From: an uncultured Bacteroidota bacterium
Lineage (GTDB): Bacteria > Bacteroidota > Rhodothermia > Rhodothermales > DATKEJ01
Direction: 5' to 3'
Assembly: GCA_963768715.1 (NCBI GenBank)
Contig: CAVYJC010000010.1
Coordinates: 151,458-215,457 of the forward strand
Length of the DNA stretch: 64,000 bases
Part shown: one piece after another, positions 45,657 through 54,810 of the stretch
How positions within the stretch are numbered: the stretch's first letter is position 1
Layout of the letters: each line of letters opens with the position of its first letter
The notes under the pieces: model-generated
What the model was told of the DNA's origin: nothing
Databases searched by the model: none
What the model saw: only the letters and a program-made list of their open reading frames with translations
Position numbers and translations under genes: made by a program

Positions 45657-47870
45657 ATGACGACCTTCTGTTTCGTGATTCAATCGCACCCGACGCCCGG
45701 CACCTGGCACTCCGTGTTGCTCGTTCTGGCGCTTTTCGCCGCCGGCTGCGGCAAGCACGAGCCTCCGCCGCCGCCTGCGACGTTCACCGGCTCGGATGCT
45801 TGCGTCTCGTGTCACCCAAAAGAGGCGGCGCTCTGGAAAGGGTCGGATCACGATCTGGCCATGCAGGTCGCGACCGATTCGACCGTGCTCGGCAATTTCA
45901 ATGACGCGACGTTCGAATACAATGGCGTCGAATCGCGGCTCTTCCGGCGCGGGGATGAATTCTGGGTAACGACTGATGGTACCGACGGCACCCTGCAGGA
46001 CTTCAAGATTGCCTATACCTTCGGCCACTGGCCGCTTCAGCAATACCTGATACCCTTTCCCGGCGGACGGATGCAGGTGCTCGGAATCGCGTGGGATGCG
46101 CGTCCCGACACGGCGGGGGGACAGCATTGGTTTCATCTGTACCAGAATGACAAGGTCGACCACACCGATCCCCTCCACTGGACCGGCCGCGAGCAAAACT
46201 GGAATTTCCAGTGCGCCGACTGCCATTCGACCAACCTGAAGAAGAACTACACGTTCGCGACGGACAGCTTTGCAACGACCTGGAGCGAGCTGAATGTCGG
46301 TTGCGAGGCGTGCCACGGTCCCGGATCCGCCCACAATGCCTGGGCCGAAGCGCAACGCGTGAAACCGTCCGATGCCCCCGATCCATATCGTCTGAACCGG
46401 TCGATTCGCGGCAATCCGGACGATCTCTGGGTGATCGGTCGCGACAATCCGATCGCGAATCGGCAGGGTTCTCCGTTCCCGAGTGCTCAGCTGGACGTGT
46501 GCGGCCGATGCCATTCGCGGCGCGGGGTGATCGACGACGACTACGGTCCCAACACGCCACTTCTCGACTCCCACCGGCCGGCGCTGTTGATCGATCCGCT
46601 GTACGAAGCGGATGGGCAGATCCGCGACGAAGTGTACGTGTACGGCTCTTTCCGCCAGAGCAAGATGTACCAGTGGGGTGTCGTATGCACGGATTGCCAC
46701 GATGCGCACTCCATGAAGACGCGTCGCACGGGCAACGCGCTCTGCGGTCGATGCCACGAACCGGCCCACTACGACACCGAGAAGCATCATTTCCATAAGC
46801 CGGATACCGCCGGATCCATGTGCGTGGACTGTCACATGCCGGCAAAGACCTACATGGTGGTCGATCCGCGGCGCGACCACAGCTTGCGCATTCCCCGTCC
46901 GGATCTCACGAAGAAAATCGGCACGCCGAATGCGTGCAGCGGATGCCATTCCGACAAAAGCGTCGACTGGGCCATCGAGAAAGTGACGGAGTGGTACGGC
47001 TCGAAGACATCGGACTCAACGCATTACGGGGAATACCTGCATGCCGCGCGAGCCGGGCTTCCCGGATCCGTCGACGGATTGATCAAGCTGGCCTCCGATC
47101 CGGTCCAACCCGCCATCGTCCGCGCGACGGCCGTCAGCATGCTGGATGGTCGGGCCTCGCCCGCGGTGGAGGACGCTTTGCGGAAAGCAGCGGTCGATGT
47201 GGATCCCCTCGTTCGGATGGCGGCAGCAACGGCTGCCGAGACGATCAAACCACTGGATCGTCCCGCCCTCATCGGCGGACTGCTTGTGGATTCTCTTCGC
47301 GCCGTACGCATCGAGGCCGGCCGGGTGATGGCGGGCGTTCCGGGGGACGTGCTCACCGAGGAAATGACGGCCCAGCGCGACAGTGCAATAACGGAATACG
47401 AGCATGCACAGGAGATCAATGCGGACCGTCCGGAGGCGCACATGAACCTGGCGCTGCTCTACACCGGGCAGGGCGACCTTCAGGCAGCAGAAGGAGAGTA
47501 CCGGAACGCCCTCAGACTCAGTCCGCGCTTCATCGCAGCGAGCATCAATCTGGCCGATCTCTACCGGATGACGAACCGCGACGAGATGGCCGGGAAGCTC
47601 CTCGAAGAAGCGCTCGTGATCGATCCGGAAAACCCGTCGACGAACCATGCATACGGCTTATACCTGGTTAGAAAGAAGCAGGTCAACAAGGCGCTTCCCT
47701 ACCTGAAGAAGGCCGCACGCGACCCGGGACTGAAACGCTACAACTACGTCTATGCGGTGGCGTTGAGCTCTGTGGGTCGTAAGAATGAAGCGCTAAGAGT
47801 TGCGCAAAGGGCCCTTGCGGCGCATCCTGGAGATACCGAGCTGGCACGCTTCATAGAGTCGTTGCGATAG
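45657..47870 (+). CDS. octaheme c-type cytochrome lipoprotein fused to HEAT-like and TPR repeats
   Basis: It has eight CxxCH motifs (CVSCH, CADCH, CEACH, CGRCH, CTDCH, CGRCH, CVDCH, CSGCH), the lipobox 'LFAAGCG' and a TPR-like C-terminus. The start was set at the ATG at 45657, past the REP array. Confidence 0.8.
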   Translation: MTTFCFVIQSHPTPGTWHSVLLVLALFAAGCGKHEPPPPPATFTGSDACVSCHPKEAALWKGSDHDLAMQVATDSTVLGNFNDATFEYNGVESRLFRRGDEFWVTTDGTDGTLQDFKIAYTFGHWPLQQYLIPFPGGRMQVLGIAWDARPDTAGGQHWFHLYQNDKVDHTDPLHWTGREQNWNFQCADCHSTNLKKNYTFATDSFATTWSELNVGCEACHGPGSAHNAWAEAQRVKPSDAPDPYRLNRSIRGNPDDLWVIGRDNPIANRQGSPFPSAQLDVCGRCHSRRGVIDDDYGPNTPLLDSHRPALLIDPLYEADGQIRDEVYVYGSFRQSKMYQWGVVCTDCHDAHSMKTRRTGNALCGRCHEPAHYDTEKHHFHKPDTAGSMCVDCHMPAKTYMVVDPRRDHSLRIPRPDLTKKIGTPNACSGCHSDKSVDWAIEKVTEWYGSKTSDSTHYGEYLHAARAGLPGSVDGLIKLASDPVQPAIVRATAVSMLDGRASPAVEDALRKAAVDVDPLVRMAAATAAETIKPLDRPALIGGLLVDSLRAVRIEAGRVMAGVPGDVLTEEMTAQRDSAITEYEHAQEINADRPEAHMNLALLYTGQGDLQAAEGEYRNALRLSPRFIAASINLADLYRMTNRDEMAGKLLEEALVIDPENPSTNHAYGLYLVRKKQVNKALPYLKKAARDPGLKRYNYVYAVALSSVGRKNEALRVAQRALAAHPGDTELARFIESLR

Positions 47871-48002
47871 GCCCGCTCAATGTTTACAGCTCTTGACGAA
47901 GCCCATTGAAATAAGAAATACCTTAGTTCTTAAAGATACAATGTATAGTATATTGACTTATATTATATATCTGTAAAAAGAAGGTATATATTATCATTTG
48001 TT

Positions 48003-48464
48003 ATGTCCGAACTAGATCATCTCCGACACCGGCAAGTCGAAGAGTCCGTATCGCGAGTCGAGCGGCTGCGCGGGCTCGAGCGTCCGAAGGGCGGATGGAT
48101 CAAGACTATCCGAAACGTACTCGGCATGACCATGAAGCAGCTGGCGCGCCGAGCCGGTGTTTCGCAGCCGATGATCTCTCAGTACGAGCACGCCGAGGTG
48201 GAAGACGCGATAACGCTATCCACGCTTCGAAGAATCGCGGATTCCCTTGGTTGCGATCTGGTGTACGGGTTGGTGCCGAGAAGACCGATCGGTACGATGA
48301 TTGAGACTCAGGCCAGGCGTGCCGCTGAGCGTCGCGTTCGAAAGGTCCATGAGAGCATGGCCATCGAAGATCAGTCCGTCTCGCCCGGAGAGTTGGAACG
48401 ACAAATCGATGAGTATGCGCAGGATCTTATCAAGAACGGTCGCAGATCAATTTGGGAGGAGTGA
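48003..48464 (+). CDS. XRE-type HTH protein ('mobile mystery protein A' family), putative antitoxin
   Basis: 153 aa with the HTH 'MTMKQLARRAGVSQPMISQYE'. It lies immediately upstream of a Fic gene and is preceded by a ~26% GC stretch. Confidence 0.7.
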   Translation: MSELDHLRHRQVEESVSRVERLRGLERPKGGWIKTIRNVLGMTMKQLARRAGVSQPMISQYEHAEVEDAITLSTLRRIADSLGCDLVYGLVPRRPIGTMIETQARRAAERRVRKVHESMAIEDQSVSPGELERQIDEYAQDLIKNGRRSIWEE

Positions 48465-48468
48465 CCAC

Positions 48469-49056
48469 GTGCCGGATGAGGTTGACGGCGCCACTCCTCT
48501 GACTGAGGAGGAGAAGGAGGAGCTGATTGCAGACCATCTCACAACACGGGGTCAACTCAATGCGTGGGAGCAGGCAAACATCGTTCGGGCGGAGGAGTGG
48601 GCGTTCGGACGCTCGCGGTTGGACGTAACGACTGTCGAGGGTCTTCGCGAGCTGCATCGAAGGATGTTCTCTGATACGTGGCGCTGGGCCGGTCAATTTC
48701 GCCGCTCAGACAAGAACATCGGCGTGGCAAAGGAAATGACCTGGCAAAATCTTGCGACCGTGTGCGACGACGTACGCTTCTGGTTGGACGAAAATACCTT
48801 CGCGATGCGTGAAACGGCTGCGAGATACCATCACAGGATCGTCCACGTTCATCCATTCCCCAACGGCAACGGACGCCATGCGCGGCTGGCAGCGGACATC
48901 CTTCTGGCACGACACGGTGAGCAACGATTCGATTGGCTGGGAGGAGGATCCCTGGATCAGATTGGTCCGGTACGGGCGCGCTATATCGACGCCCTGCGAT
49001 CCGCCGACAAGGGAGACTACGGGCCCTTGCTGGCCTACTTGAACGTGGAAGGGTGA
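48469..49056 (+). CDS. Fic/DOC-family protein ('mobile mystery protein B' family), putative toxin
   Basis: It carries the Fic motif 'HPFPNGNGRHARL'. The GTG start at 48469 is preceded by GGAGGAG (48455-61). Confidence 0.8.
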   Translation: MPDEVDGATPLTEEEKEELIADHLTTRGQLNAWEQANIVRAEEWAFGRSRLDVTTVEGLRELHRRMFSDTWRWAGQFRRSDKNIGVAKEMTWQNLATVCDDVRFWLDENTFAMRETAARYHHRIVHVHPFPNGNGRHARLAADILLARHGEQRFDWLGGGSLDQIGPVRARYIDALRSADKGDYGPLLAYLNVEG

Positions 49057-49215
49057 AACGATCGCGTGAAGTGATCGCATGATCGTGCGATCGAGAGACC
49101 GATGACGGTCATCGAACTCGCAGGGGAAGGCGCACCAAGTACCACGCACCAAGTACTTGAGGCGCGTATTTTCACGAACCCCTCGCAGTACCTGAACGTA
49201 TATTACGCGCCTCGC

Positions 49216-49290
<75 letters not shown>

Positions 49291-49331
49291 CGCCTTCGTC
49301 CCGAACCAGTTCGGGGCTTCGGCGTGCTGCG

Positions 49332-49370
49332 CCCGAACCTTGATTCGAAAGGTTGGGGCGTTTTGTTTTT
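49332..49370 (+). terminator. putative intrinsic terminator after tRNA-Ala
   Basis: CCCGAACCTT-gattcga-AAGGTTGGGG forms a 10-bp stem with 1 mismatch, followed by cgTTTTgTTTTT. Confidence 0.5.
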
Positions 49371-49426
49371 GATGAGGTGACGATTTTCGGGTTCGAAGGA
49401 CTTTATCAAATCTCCCGACTTGGGTA

Positions 49427-50239
49427 TCACTCAAAGTCACTAGCCATGTACTCGGCCGACATGGCGGCGTCACTCAGGTACCCACGCGGACCGTCACGGC
49501 CGCAGCCGTAGAAAAGGTCGATCACGTACTGACCTGAGCCGCCTGCCTGCTTGATCTTCGTCCCATCGAAATCGAGGTCGACGGGCTCGTATCGCTGGCC
49601 TCTGGAAAACTCCACAATACGGTCGGCACTGTCGACAAGCTTCCGCCCGAGCCTCAAAGACCCCTGGACGACGCAGCTCCATGATTCTTCCGCGTCAAAA
49701 TGAATTCGAAATGTGAGCGTTTCGTACCGCCCATCGGCATCGTTTCGACTGGATTGAATATCATACGCTGCAATGGCCTGGTGCTGGAACTCCTTGAATC
49801 CGTAGGCTCTCGTACGGTATGCGACGGGCATCTCCTCGACAGGCATCTGCACTTGGTCGGCTTCAACAAGGATCAAGTCCGTGAGAACAAACGCCCCGTC
49901 GGCGTGGCGGGCGTAAACGTCTTCACAGTCATAAATGAACTCTATTGTGTGCAGACCCGCGGCCAGGGTCGTGTCCGTCCGCTGCCATCCGAGGTCTGCT
50001 CCGCTGGGATCCTGCAAGTTGGCGCGAATCCAGTACTGTCCTGTCTTGCTGATGTTTACCTCGATACCGATCCGAATTCCGTCAAGAAGGCCGTCACGAT
50101 CCGTATCGATGCCCGCATCGTGAAAGTTCCTAGTGAAGGCTGACGTGGACGAAGCGATGGACGCGCCGGTGTAAACTTCGCGTGAGAAAGCATGCCTTGA
50201 CGATCCGTCGCCCGCGTGCCCGTGGGCACTAACCGCCAC
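49427..50239 (-). CDS. hypothetical protein with two similar beta-sandwich-like modules
   Basis: 270-aa ORF with a GTG start that overlaps the upstream lipoprotein ORF by 11 nt. It has no signal peptide of its own and may be the frameshifted C-terminal part of that ORF. Confidence 0.45.
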   Translation of the reverse strand: MAVSAHGHAGDGSSRHAFSREVYTGASIASSTSAFTRNFHDAGIDTDRDGLLDGIRIGIEVNISKTGQYWIRANLQDPSGADLGWQRTDTTLAAGLHTIEFIYDCEDVYARHADGAFVLTDLILVEADQVQMPVEEMPVAYRTRAYGFKEFQHQAIAAYDIQSSRNDADGRYETLTFRIHFDAEESWSCVVQGSLRLGRKLVDSADRIVEFSRGQRYEPVDLDFDGTKIKQAGGSGQYVIDLFYGCGRDGPRGYLSDAAMSAEYMASDFE

Positions 50240-50759
50240 CCTTGTAAAACTCCTTGTCGAGACGCACTTCGAGCGTCACGTCCGGATCCACAAGTACTCC
50301 GCGAATGAGGTAAGGGCTACCTGGACCTTCCACCGCTATTCCAGTGACTTCAACGGTCCATTCACCGATGGTGGGCTCCCCGATTGCGTGCTGGTCCATC
50401 GGTTCCTGAGGAAGGTCTGCGTGGAGGGTTCTGTCACGCCAATGATTGTATTTAGAGGAATCGATTCGACCTTTGGCGAACGCTTCGGAGAGGATCAGAT
50501 TCCATTGAAAATCAACGAACCTGACGTGAAGGTCGGTCAGCGTATCTGGGACGCCCTTGACTACCTCATCTGACAGATCCAGCTGGCCACCTATCGGATC
50601 AGAAGATGGTCCCATGGCCCCCATTCCAGACGCTATTCGTCCGGGTCCAACGGAGGGACTTAGGCTAACGACTAGATCTTGGTGGCCCCTGCCCGCGCAT
50701 GAAATCCAGAAGATAGAGAGAGACAACGTGGTTCCGAGGAGTACGGCCGAACGGTACAT
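50229..50759 (-). CDS. hypothetical lipoprotein
   Basis: 176 aa with signal peptide and lipobox 'LSIFWISCAG'. No family recognised. Confidence 0.5.
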   Translation of the reverse strand: MYRSAVLLGTTLSLSIFWISCAGRGHQDLVVSLSPSVGPGRIASGMGAMGPSSDPIGGQLDLSDEVVKGVPDTLTDLHVRFVDFQWNLILSEAFAKGRIDSSKYNHWRDRTLHADLPQEPMDQHAIGEPTIGEWTVEVTGIAVEGPGSPYLIRGVLVDPDVTLEVRLDKEFYKGGG

Positions 50760-51287
50760 GGTGCCTCTTTAGACGAATTGGTCTCTACAATGTGAATGTA
50801 GGGAAACACCATCACCTGGGCATGGGCACTCCAAAGCACCGGAAAGGCCACGAAACCGGTCTCAGGCATGATGGAGATTGTTGCGAGGCTTCCTCCGAGC
50901 AAAGGCCGAGCTTGACAAATCTGCCGGTTCCCTCAGAATGGCTGCAGATCATGGGTGGAGATGTGGGCAAGACTCATCTCTTCTGCATGTAGTCGACGTC
51001 AGTCCCGAACAGGTATCCAATCGGACGCAGGGACGGGATTTCCTCGAATACGACCCGCAGTATTCCCAGCAGATAGAGGAGCGAATCGGTCAAGAACAAC
51101 GCGTGCCTTCGACACCAGATTGCCGTTCGGCTCCTTACAAAATCGCGCGAGTTTTCCTCGCAGCAATTGCAGTGAGGGGGCCTCATATAAGCACCAGACA
51201 TTCCAGCGGGGCAATTCAGCTCTTTGACGTACTCAAATCAGCACTAGCCAACAAGGCACTTCTTTAACAAGATGGGAGGAACTTGCC

Positions 51288-53390
51288 ATGAACACAAGAT
51301 GGCATCTCTGCATGCTCGTGGGTCTCGTATTCTCGTGGAGCACGCTCAACGCACAGACTATTACCCTGATCTTGGATACAAACGGGGACGGAGTAAACGG
51401 CCTTATCCACCCCACAACGATGACAACGGACCGCGATGGCAATCTCTTCGTGGCCGGCGTTGCATCCGACAATGTCTTCAAGGTCACCCCGGGCGGCACG
51501 ATCACGCAGATCATCGATCACAGCGGAGACTACCCAGACACACATCTTCTGAGTAATCCCAACGGTGTTGCGACGGACAACGACGGCAATGTCTTCGTGG
51601 CCGGCTTCGCATCCGACAATGTCTTCAAGGTCACCCCGGGCGGCACGATCACGCAGATCATCGATGGCTCGGGAGTTGATTCACATAGCTTAGACGGACC
51701 GGATAGAGTGGCGACAGACAACGACGGCAATGTCTTTGTGTCCGGCGGGCTGAGCAACAATGTCTTCAAGATTGCGCCTGATGGCACCATCACGCAGATC
51801 ATCGATGGCTCGGGAGTTGATTCACATAGCTTAGACGCACCTACAGGAGTGGCGACAGACGGCGACGGCAATGTCTTCGTCACTTGCTTCAACTCAGACA
51901 ATGCCTTCAAGATCACCCCGAGCGGGACCATCACGCAGATCATCGATCACAACGGAGACGGAACCAACCAATTCCTCAGCGGCTCGGGGGTGGCAACCGA
52001 CCACAACGGCAACGTCTTTGTGAGCGGTAGTGACAGTCGCAACGTCTTCAAGATTGCTACAGACGGCACGATCACGCAGATCATCGACAGCGAGGGGGAT
52101 GGAGACGTCGACCTTTCGAGCGCTACCGACGTAGCCACAGACGATAATGGCAGTGTGTACGTGACAAGTTACTACACCGACGTAGTCTTCAAGATCACGC
52201 CGGCGGGTATCATCAGCCAAATCATCGACGCTTCCGGTGACGGTACAACGCCACTGTCGGCCCCCGGGCGGTTGACCACGGACAGTTATGGCGACGTGTT
52301 TGTTGCGGCCGGCAACAACGACGTCTTCAGGATCAGTCCCCCGCCCGTGCCGGTCATTTCGTCGATTGTGGGTCCGGCCGAGCCGACGGCACTGGGTTCA
52401 CCCGTCGTCGTGACGGGGTACTACACGTATCCTCCCAGTGCCGATTCGCATTCGGCCCAATTCGATTGGGGTGACGGCTCTTCCGACGACGGAGCGGTGA
52501 CGGAGGACAACGGGGACGGATCGGCAACAGGAAGTCACGAGTACGCCGCTCCGGGAGTTTATCCCGTGTCCTTGACGGTGACGAACAGTTTTGGAGGATC
52601 GGATACCAAGACCTTCGAGTTCGTTGTCGTCTACGATCCAGCTGGCGCGTTCGTAACGGGAAGTGGATCGATCTACTCTCCCCCGGGAGCCTATGCCAAC
52701 GATGTGACGCTGGAGGGCAAGGCCACCTTCGGATTCCAGTCGAAGTACAAGAAGGGCGCCTCGACACCCAGCGGAAAAACGAGGTTCGAGTTCAAAACAG
52801 GCGACCTGAAATTCCATTCGGACAGCTACGACTGGCTGGTCATCGCCGGAGCGCACGCGAAATACAAAGGCGTCGGAACCGTGAATGGGTCCGGCAACTT
52901 CGGTTTCATGTTGACGGCGACCGACGAGAAATTGACGCCTTCAACCGACGTTGATCTGTTTCGGATCAAGATCTGGGACAAAGATGCCGGCGATGGCGTC
53001 ATCTACGACAACAAGATGGCTGACAGCGACGATTCCTTCAGCGGAACAGCCCTGACGAAAGGAAACATCGTCGTGCATAAGTCAAAAGCATCAAAGGCGG
53101 ACGTGACTGTTGGAGAGCAGGTACCCAGGTCGTTCGCGCTCAACGCAGCCTATACGAATCCATTCAATCCGTCCACGTCGATCACATTTGACGTTCCCGA
53201 GAAGACGCACGTGAACATCTCCGTGTTCAACATGATCGGTCAGGTCGTGTCGGTACTCGTTGACGACGTGAATGACCAGGGTGCACATTCGGTGTCATGG
53301 ACGGCGGACGGCCTGCCTAGCGCATCCTACCTCGTCCGTATGCAGACGAGCGACCGTGCCTTCAGCATGTCCATTGACCTGGTGAAATAG
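51288..53390 (+). CDS. T9SS-secreted protein: 6-7-bladed beta-propeller repeats + PKD-like domain + C-terminal T9SS sorting domain
   Basis: It has a signal peptide and ~47-aa repeats 'D.DGNVFV...SDNVFK.TP.GTITQIID'. The 'GDGS...H.Y..PGVYPVSLTVTN' segment is PKD-like. The last ~80 aa ('NPFNPSTSITFDVPE...VSVFNMIGQVV...YLVRMQT') match the type A sorting domain. Confidence 0.85.
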   Translation: MNTRWHLCMLVGLVFSWSTLNAQTITLILDTNGDGVNGLIHPTTMTTDRDGNLFVAGVASDNVFKVTPGGTITQIIDHSGDYPDTHLLSNPNGVATDNDGNVFVAGFASDNVFKVTPGGTITQIIDGSGVDSHSLDGPDRVATDNDGNVFVSGGLSNNVFKIAPDGTITQIIDGSGVDSHSLDAPTGVATDGDGNVFVTCFNSDNAFKITPSGTITQIIDHNGDGTNQFLSGSGVATDHNGNVFVSGSDSRNVFKIATDGTITQIIDSEGDGDVDLSSATDVATDDNGSVYVTSYYTDVVFKITPAGIISQIIDASGDGTTPLSAPGRLTTDSYGDVFVAAGNNDVFRISPPPVPVISSIVGPAEPTALGSPVVVTGYYTYPPSADSHSAQFDWGDGSSDDGAVTEDNGDGSATGSHEYAAPGVYPVSLTVTNSFGGSDTKTFEFVVVYDPAGAFVTGSGSIYSPPGAYANDVTLEGKATFGFQSKYKKGASTPSGKTRFEFKTGDLKFHSDSYDWLVIAGAHAKYKGVGTVNGSGNFGFMLTATDEKLTPSTDVDLFRIKIWDKDAGDGVIYDNKMADSDDSFSGTALTKGNIVVHKSKASKADVTVGEQVPRSFALNAAYTNPFNPSTSITFDVPEKTHVNISVFNMIGQVVSVLVDDVNDQGAHSVSWTADGLPSASYLVRMQTSDRAFSMSIDLVK
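51462..51837 (+). repeat. near-identical intragenic DNA repeats within the propeller gene
   Basis: 57 nt are identical at 51462-51518 and 51609-51665. 49 nt are identical at 51648-51696 and 51789-51837. Confidence 0.85.
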
Positions 53391-53780
53391 CAATCGACCC
53401 AAGAGGTAAGACAGGCTGCCTGTGCGTCGTGGAGTTGTCGTGTCGAGTCAGGTGACTCAGACCCGGCAGGCTGCAAAAGGGACCAGGGTGTTTCGCGCGT
53501 GCGTTGGAACGCTCTGGTCTCTTCGCTCCGTGTCAGATCGCGTTCGAACCGCGCGTGTACGCCTCTGGAATTTGTTTAAACGCACGCAGTCGTCATCTGA
53601 ATGAGACGATCAATCTATTGACGGGTGAGGGGTGACCCCGACTGTTCCTTCAGAAGTTCCCGCACGTCCACGCAAACTCGAGGGCAGTGCCGTGCGGAAA
53701 AGAGATCCTGCGGCCTGACGAGGCGTTGCAGCCGACCGGCCGGCGAAAGGATCATCCCGACGTTTGTTGTTTAGATTGGC

Positions 53781-54254
53781 ATGGTATACTGGGCCATTCC
53801 CACAGTAAGCATTATGCGACGACCGAGCCTCAGTCAAAACACCACAGTGATCGGATGCTACGTGTACGCCGCTGCGGGCTTTCTTGCTGTCGTGCTGCAT
53901 CCCGGCCTTTTTTCGCTCCTTACAACTTCGCCCCTGGATACGCCCGAGAATGTACTTCCATGGGTGTTCGTGGCCTGCTGTCTGGGCGGAGCATTAGGCA
54001 TCGTTTGGCGGAAGTGGTGGGGTTTCGCCGGCCTCTACACTGCAACCTTCGTCGGAACGTTTGGCTTGGCTCTCAGCATGGTGCCCTTCGCAATCAACGC
54101 GTTTGCAGTGGAATCCAGAACGATTCCCATATTGGTGCTAAACTCAGTATTCCTGATTGGGCTGATCACGTTGCATCTTAGCGTCTCGTCGGCATCGAAA
54201 GGCGCACGGCGGAACATCGAGCATTCAAGAGGTCAAGGGTTCGACTCCCCTTAG
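53781..54254 (+). CDS. hypothetical 4-TM membrane protein whose 3' end runs into the att repeat
   Basis: 157-aa ORF with hydrophobic helices ('VIGCYVYAAAGFLAVVL', 'WVFVACCLGGALGIVW', ...). The last ~11 codons are encoded by the tRNA-derived repeat. An alternative ATG lies at 53814. Confidence 0.4.
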   Translation: MVYWAIPTVSIMRRPSLSQNTTVIGCYVYAAAGFLAVVLHPGLFSLLTTSPLDTPENVLPWVFVACCLGGALGIVWRKWWGFAGLYTATFVGTFGLALSMVPFAINAFAVESRTIPILVLNSVFLIGLITLHLSVSSASKGARRNIEHSRGQGFDSP

Positions 54255-54261
54255 CTCCACA
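54221..54261 (+). repeat. attR-like partial tRNA-Ala copy (3' 41 bp only)
   Basis: gcattcaagaggtcaAgggttcgactccccttagctccaca. There is no 5' half, so this is not a functional tRNA. Confidence 0.85.
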
Positions 54262-54516
54262 AGAAATTTCGCCCCGATTATTGTTTATCAGTAGTCGGGG
54301 CATTTGTCGTTTGAAGCAGTGAAGGCAGAAGCAGCCAGTAACCTCTGCCGTCCCTCCCACCAGCCGTCAAGCACTTCAATTGACTGTTCTAGCCGCAACT
54401 TGCTACCTTGCGGATTCTCCGGTATCACGTTTGCCGGTGAAACGTTGCCCGGTAGGCAGCACCGCCCGTCGAAACGGACAGGATATTGCAATTCACACAA
54501 CACACCTTACAAGAAC

Positions 54517-54810
54517 ATGAGCAGCAATGTCTACTGGAACCTGGAACTGGAAATTGCATCTGGCCGGGAGAATGATTTCCGCGCCCTGATGGAAGAAATG
54601 GTCACAGCCACGAAGAAGAATGAAAGCGGCGCGCTCAACTATGAGTGGAGTACCAGCGCCGATGGCAAAGTCTGTCACCTCTTTGAACGTTATGTCGACT
54701 CGGCAGCCGTGATGGCCCATCTGGGGACGTTCGGCGAGAAGTTTGCCGGCCGCTTTCTGGAGATATTGAAACCCATTCGCTTTGTCGTATATGGCGCACC
54801 AGGACTCTGA
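54517..54810 (+). CDS. antibiotic-biosynthesis-monooxygenase (ABM) domain protein
   Basis: The 97-aa product from the ATG at 54517 ('NLELEIASGRENDFRALMEEMV...YEWS...ERY.DSAAVMAHL') shows the ferredoxin-like ABM pattern. Confidence 0.55.
   Translation: MSSNVYWNLELEIASGRENDFRALMEEMVTATKKNESGALNYEWSTSADGKVCHLFERYVDSAAVMAHLGTFGEKFAGRFLEILKPIRFVVYGAPGL

Noticed and set aside
45330-46949. 539-aa minus-strand ORF, the second longest in this part of the track
   Set aside because: It lies entirely antisense to the RAYT 3' end, the REP array and the octaheme cytochrome gene. Its Arg/Gly/Val-rich composition has no recognisable motifs. The plus-strand product carries eight CxxCH motifs and a lipobox. 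This is a typical shadow ORF of GC-rich DNA.
50760-51287. 528-nt gap inside the islet, searched for integrase/transposase remnants (small ORFs at 50974-51201 on the minus strand and 50878-51267 on the plus strand)
   Set aside because: I could recognise no recombinase motifs (R..H..R..Y box, DDE, HUH) in any frame by eye. This needs a proper HMM/TBLASTN search before anything is claimed.
54221-54261. Possible second tRNA gene
   Set aside because: Only the anticodon-stem 3' strand, variable loop, T-arm and acceptor 3' strand are present. There is no 5' half, so no cloverleaf can form. It is interpreted as an att-site duplicate.
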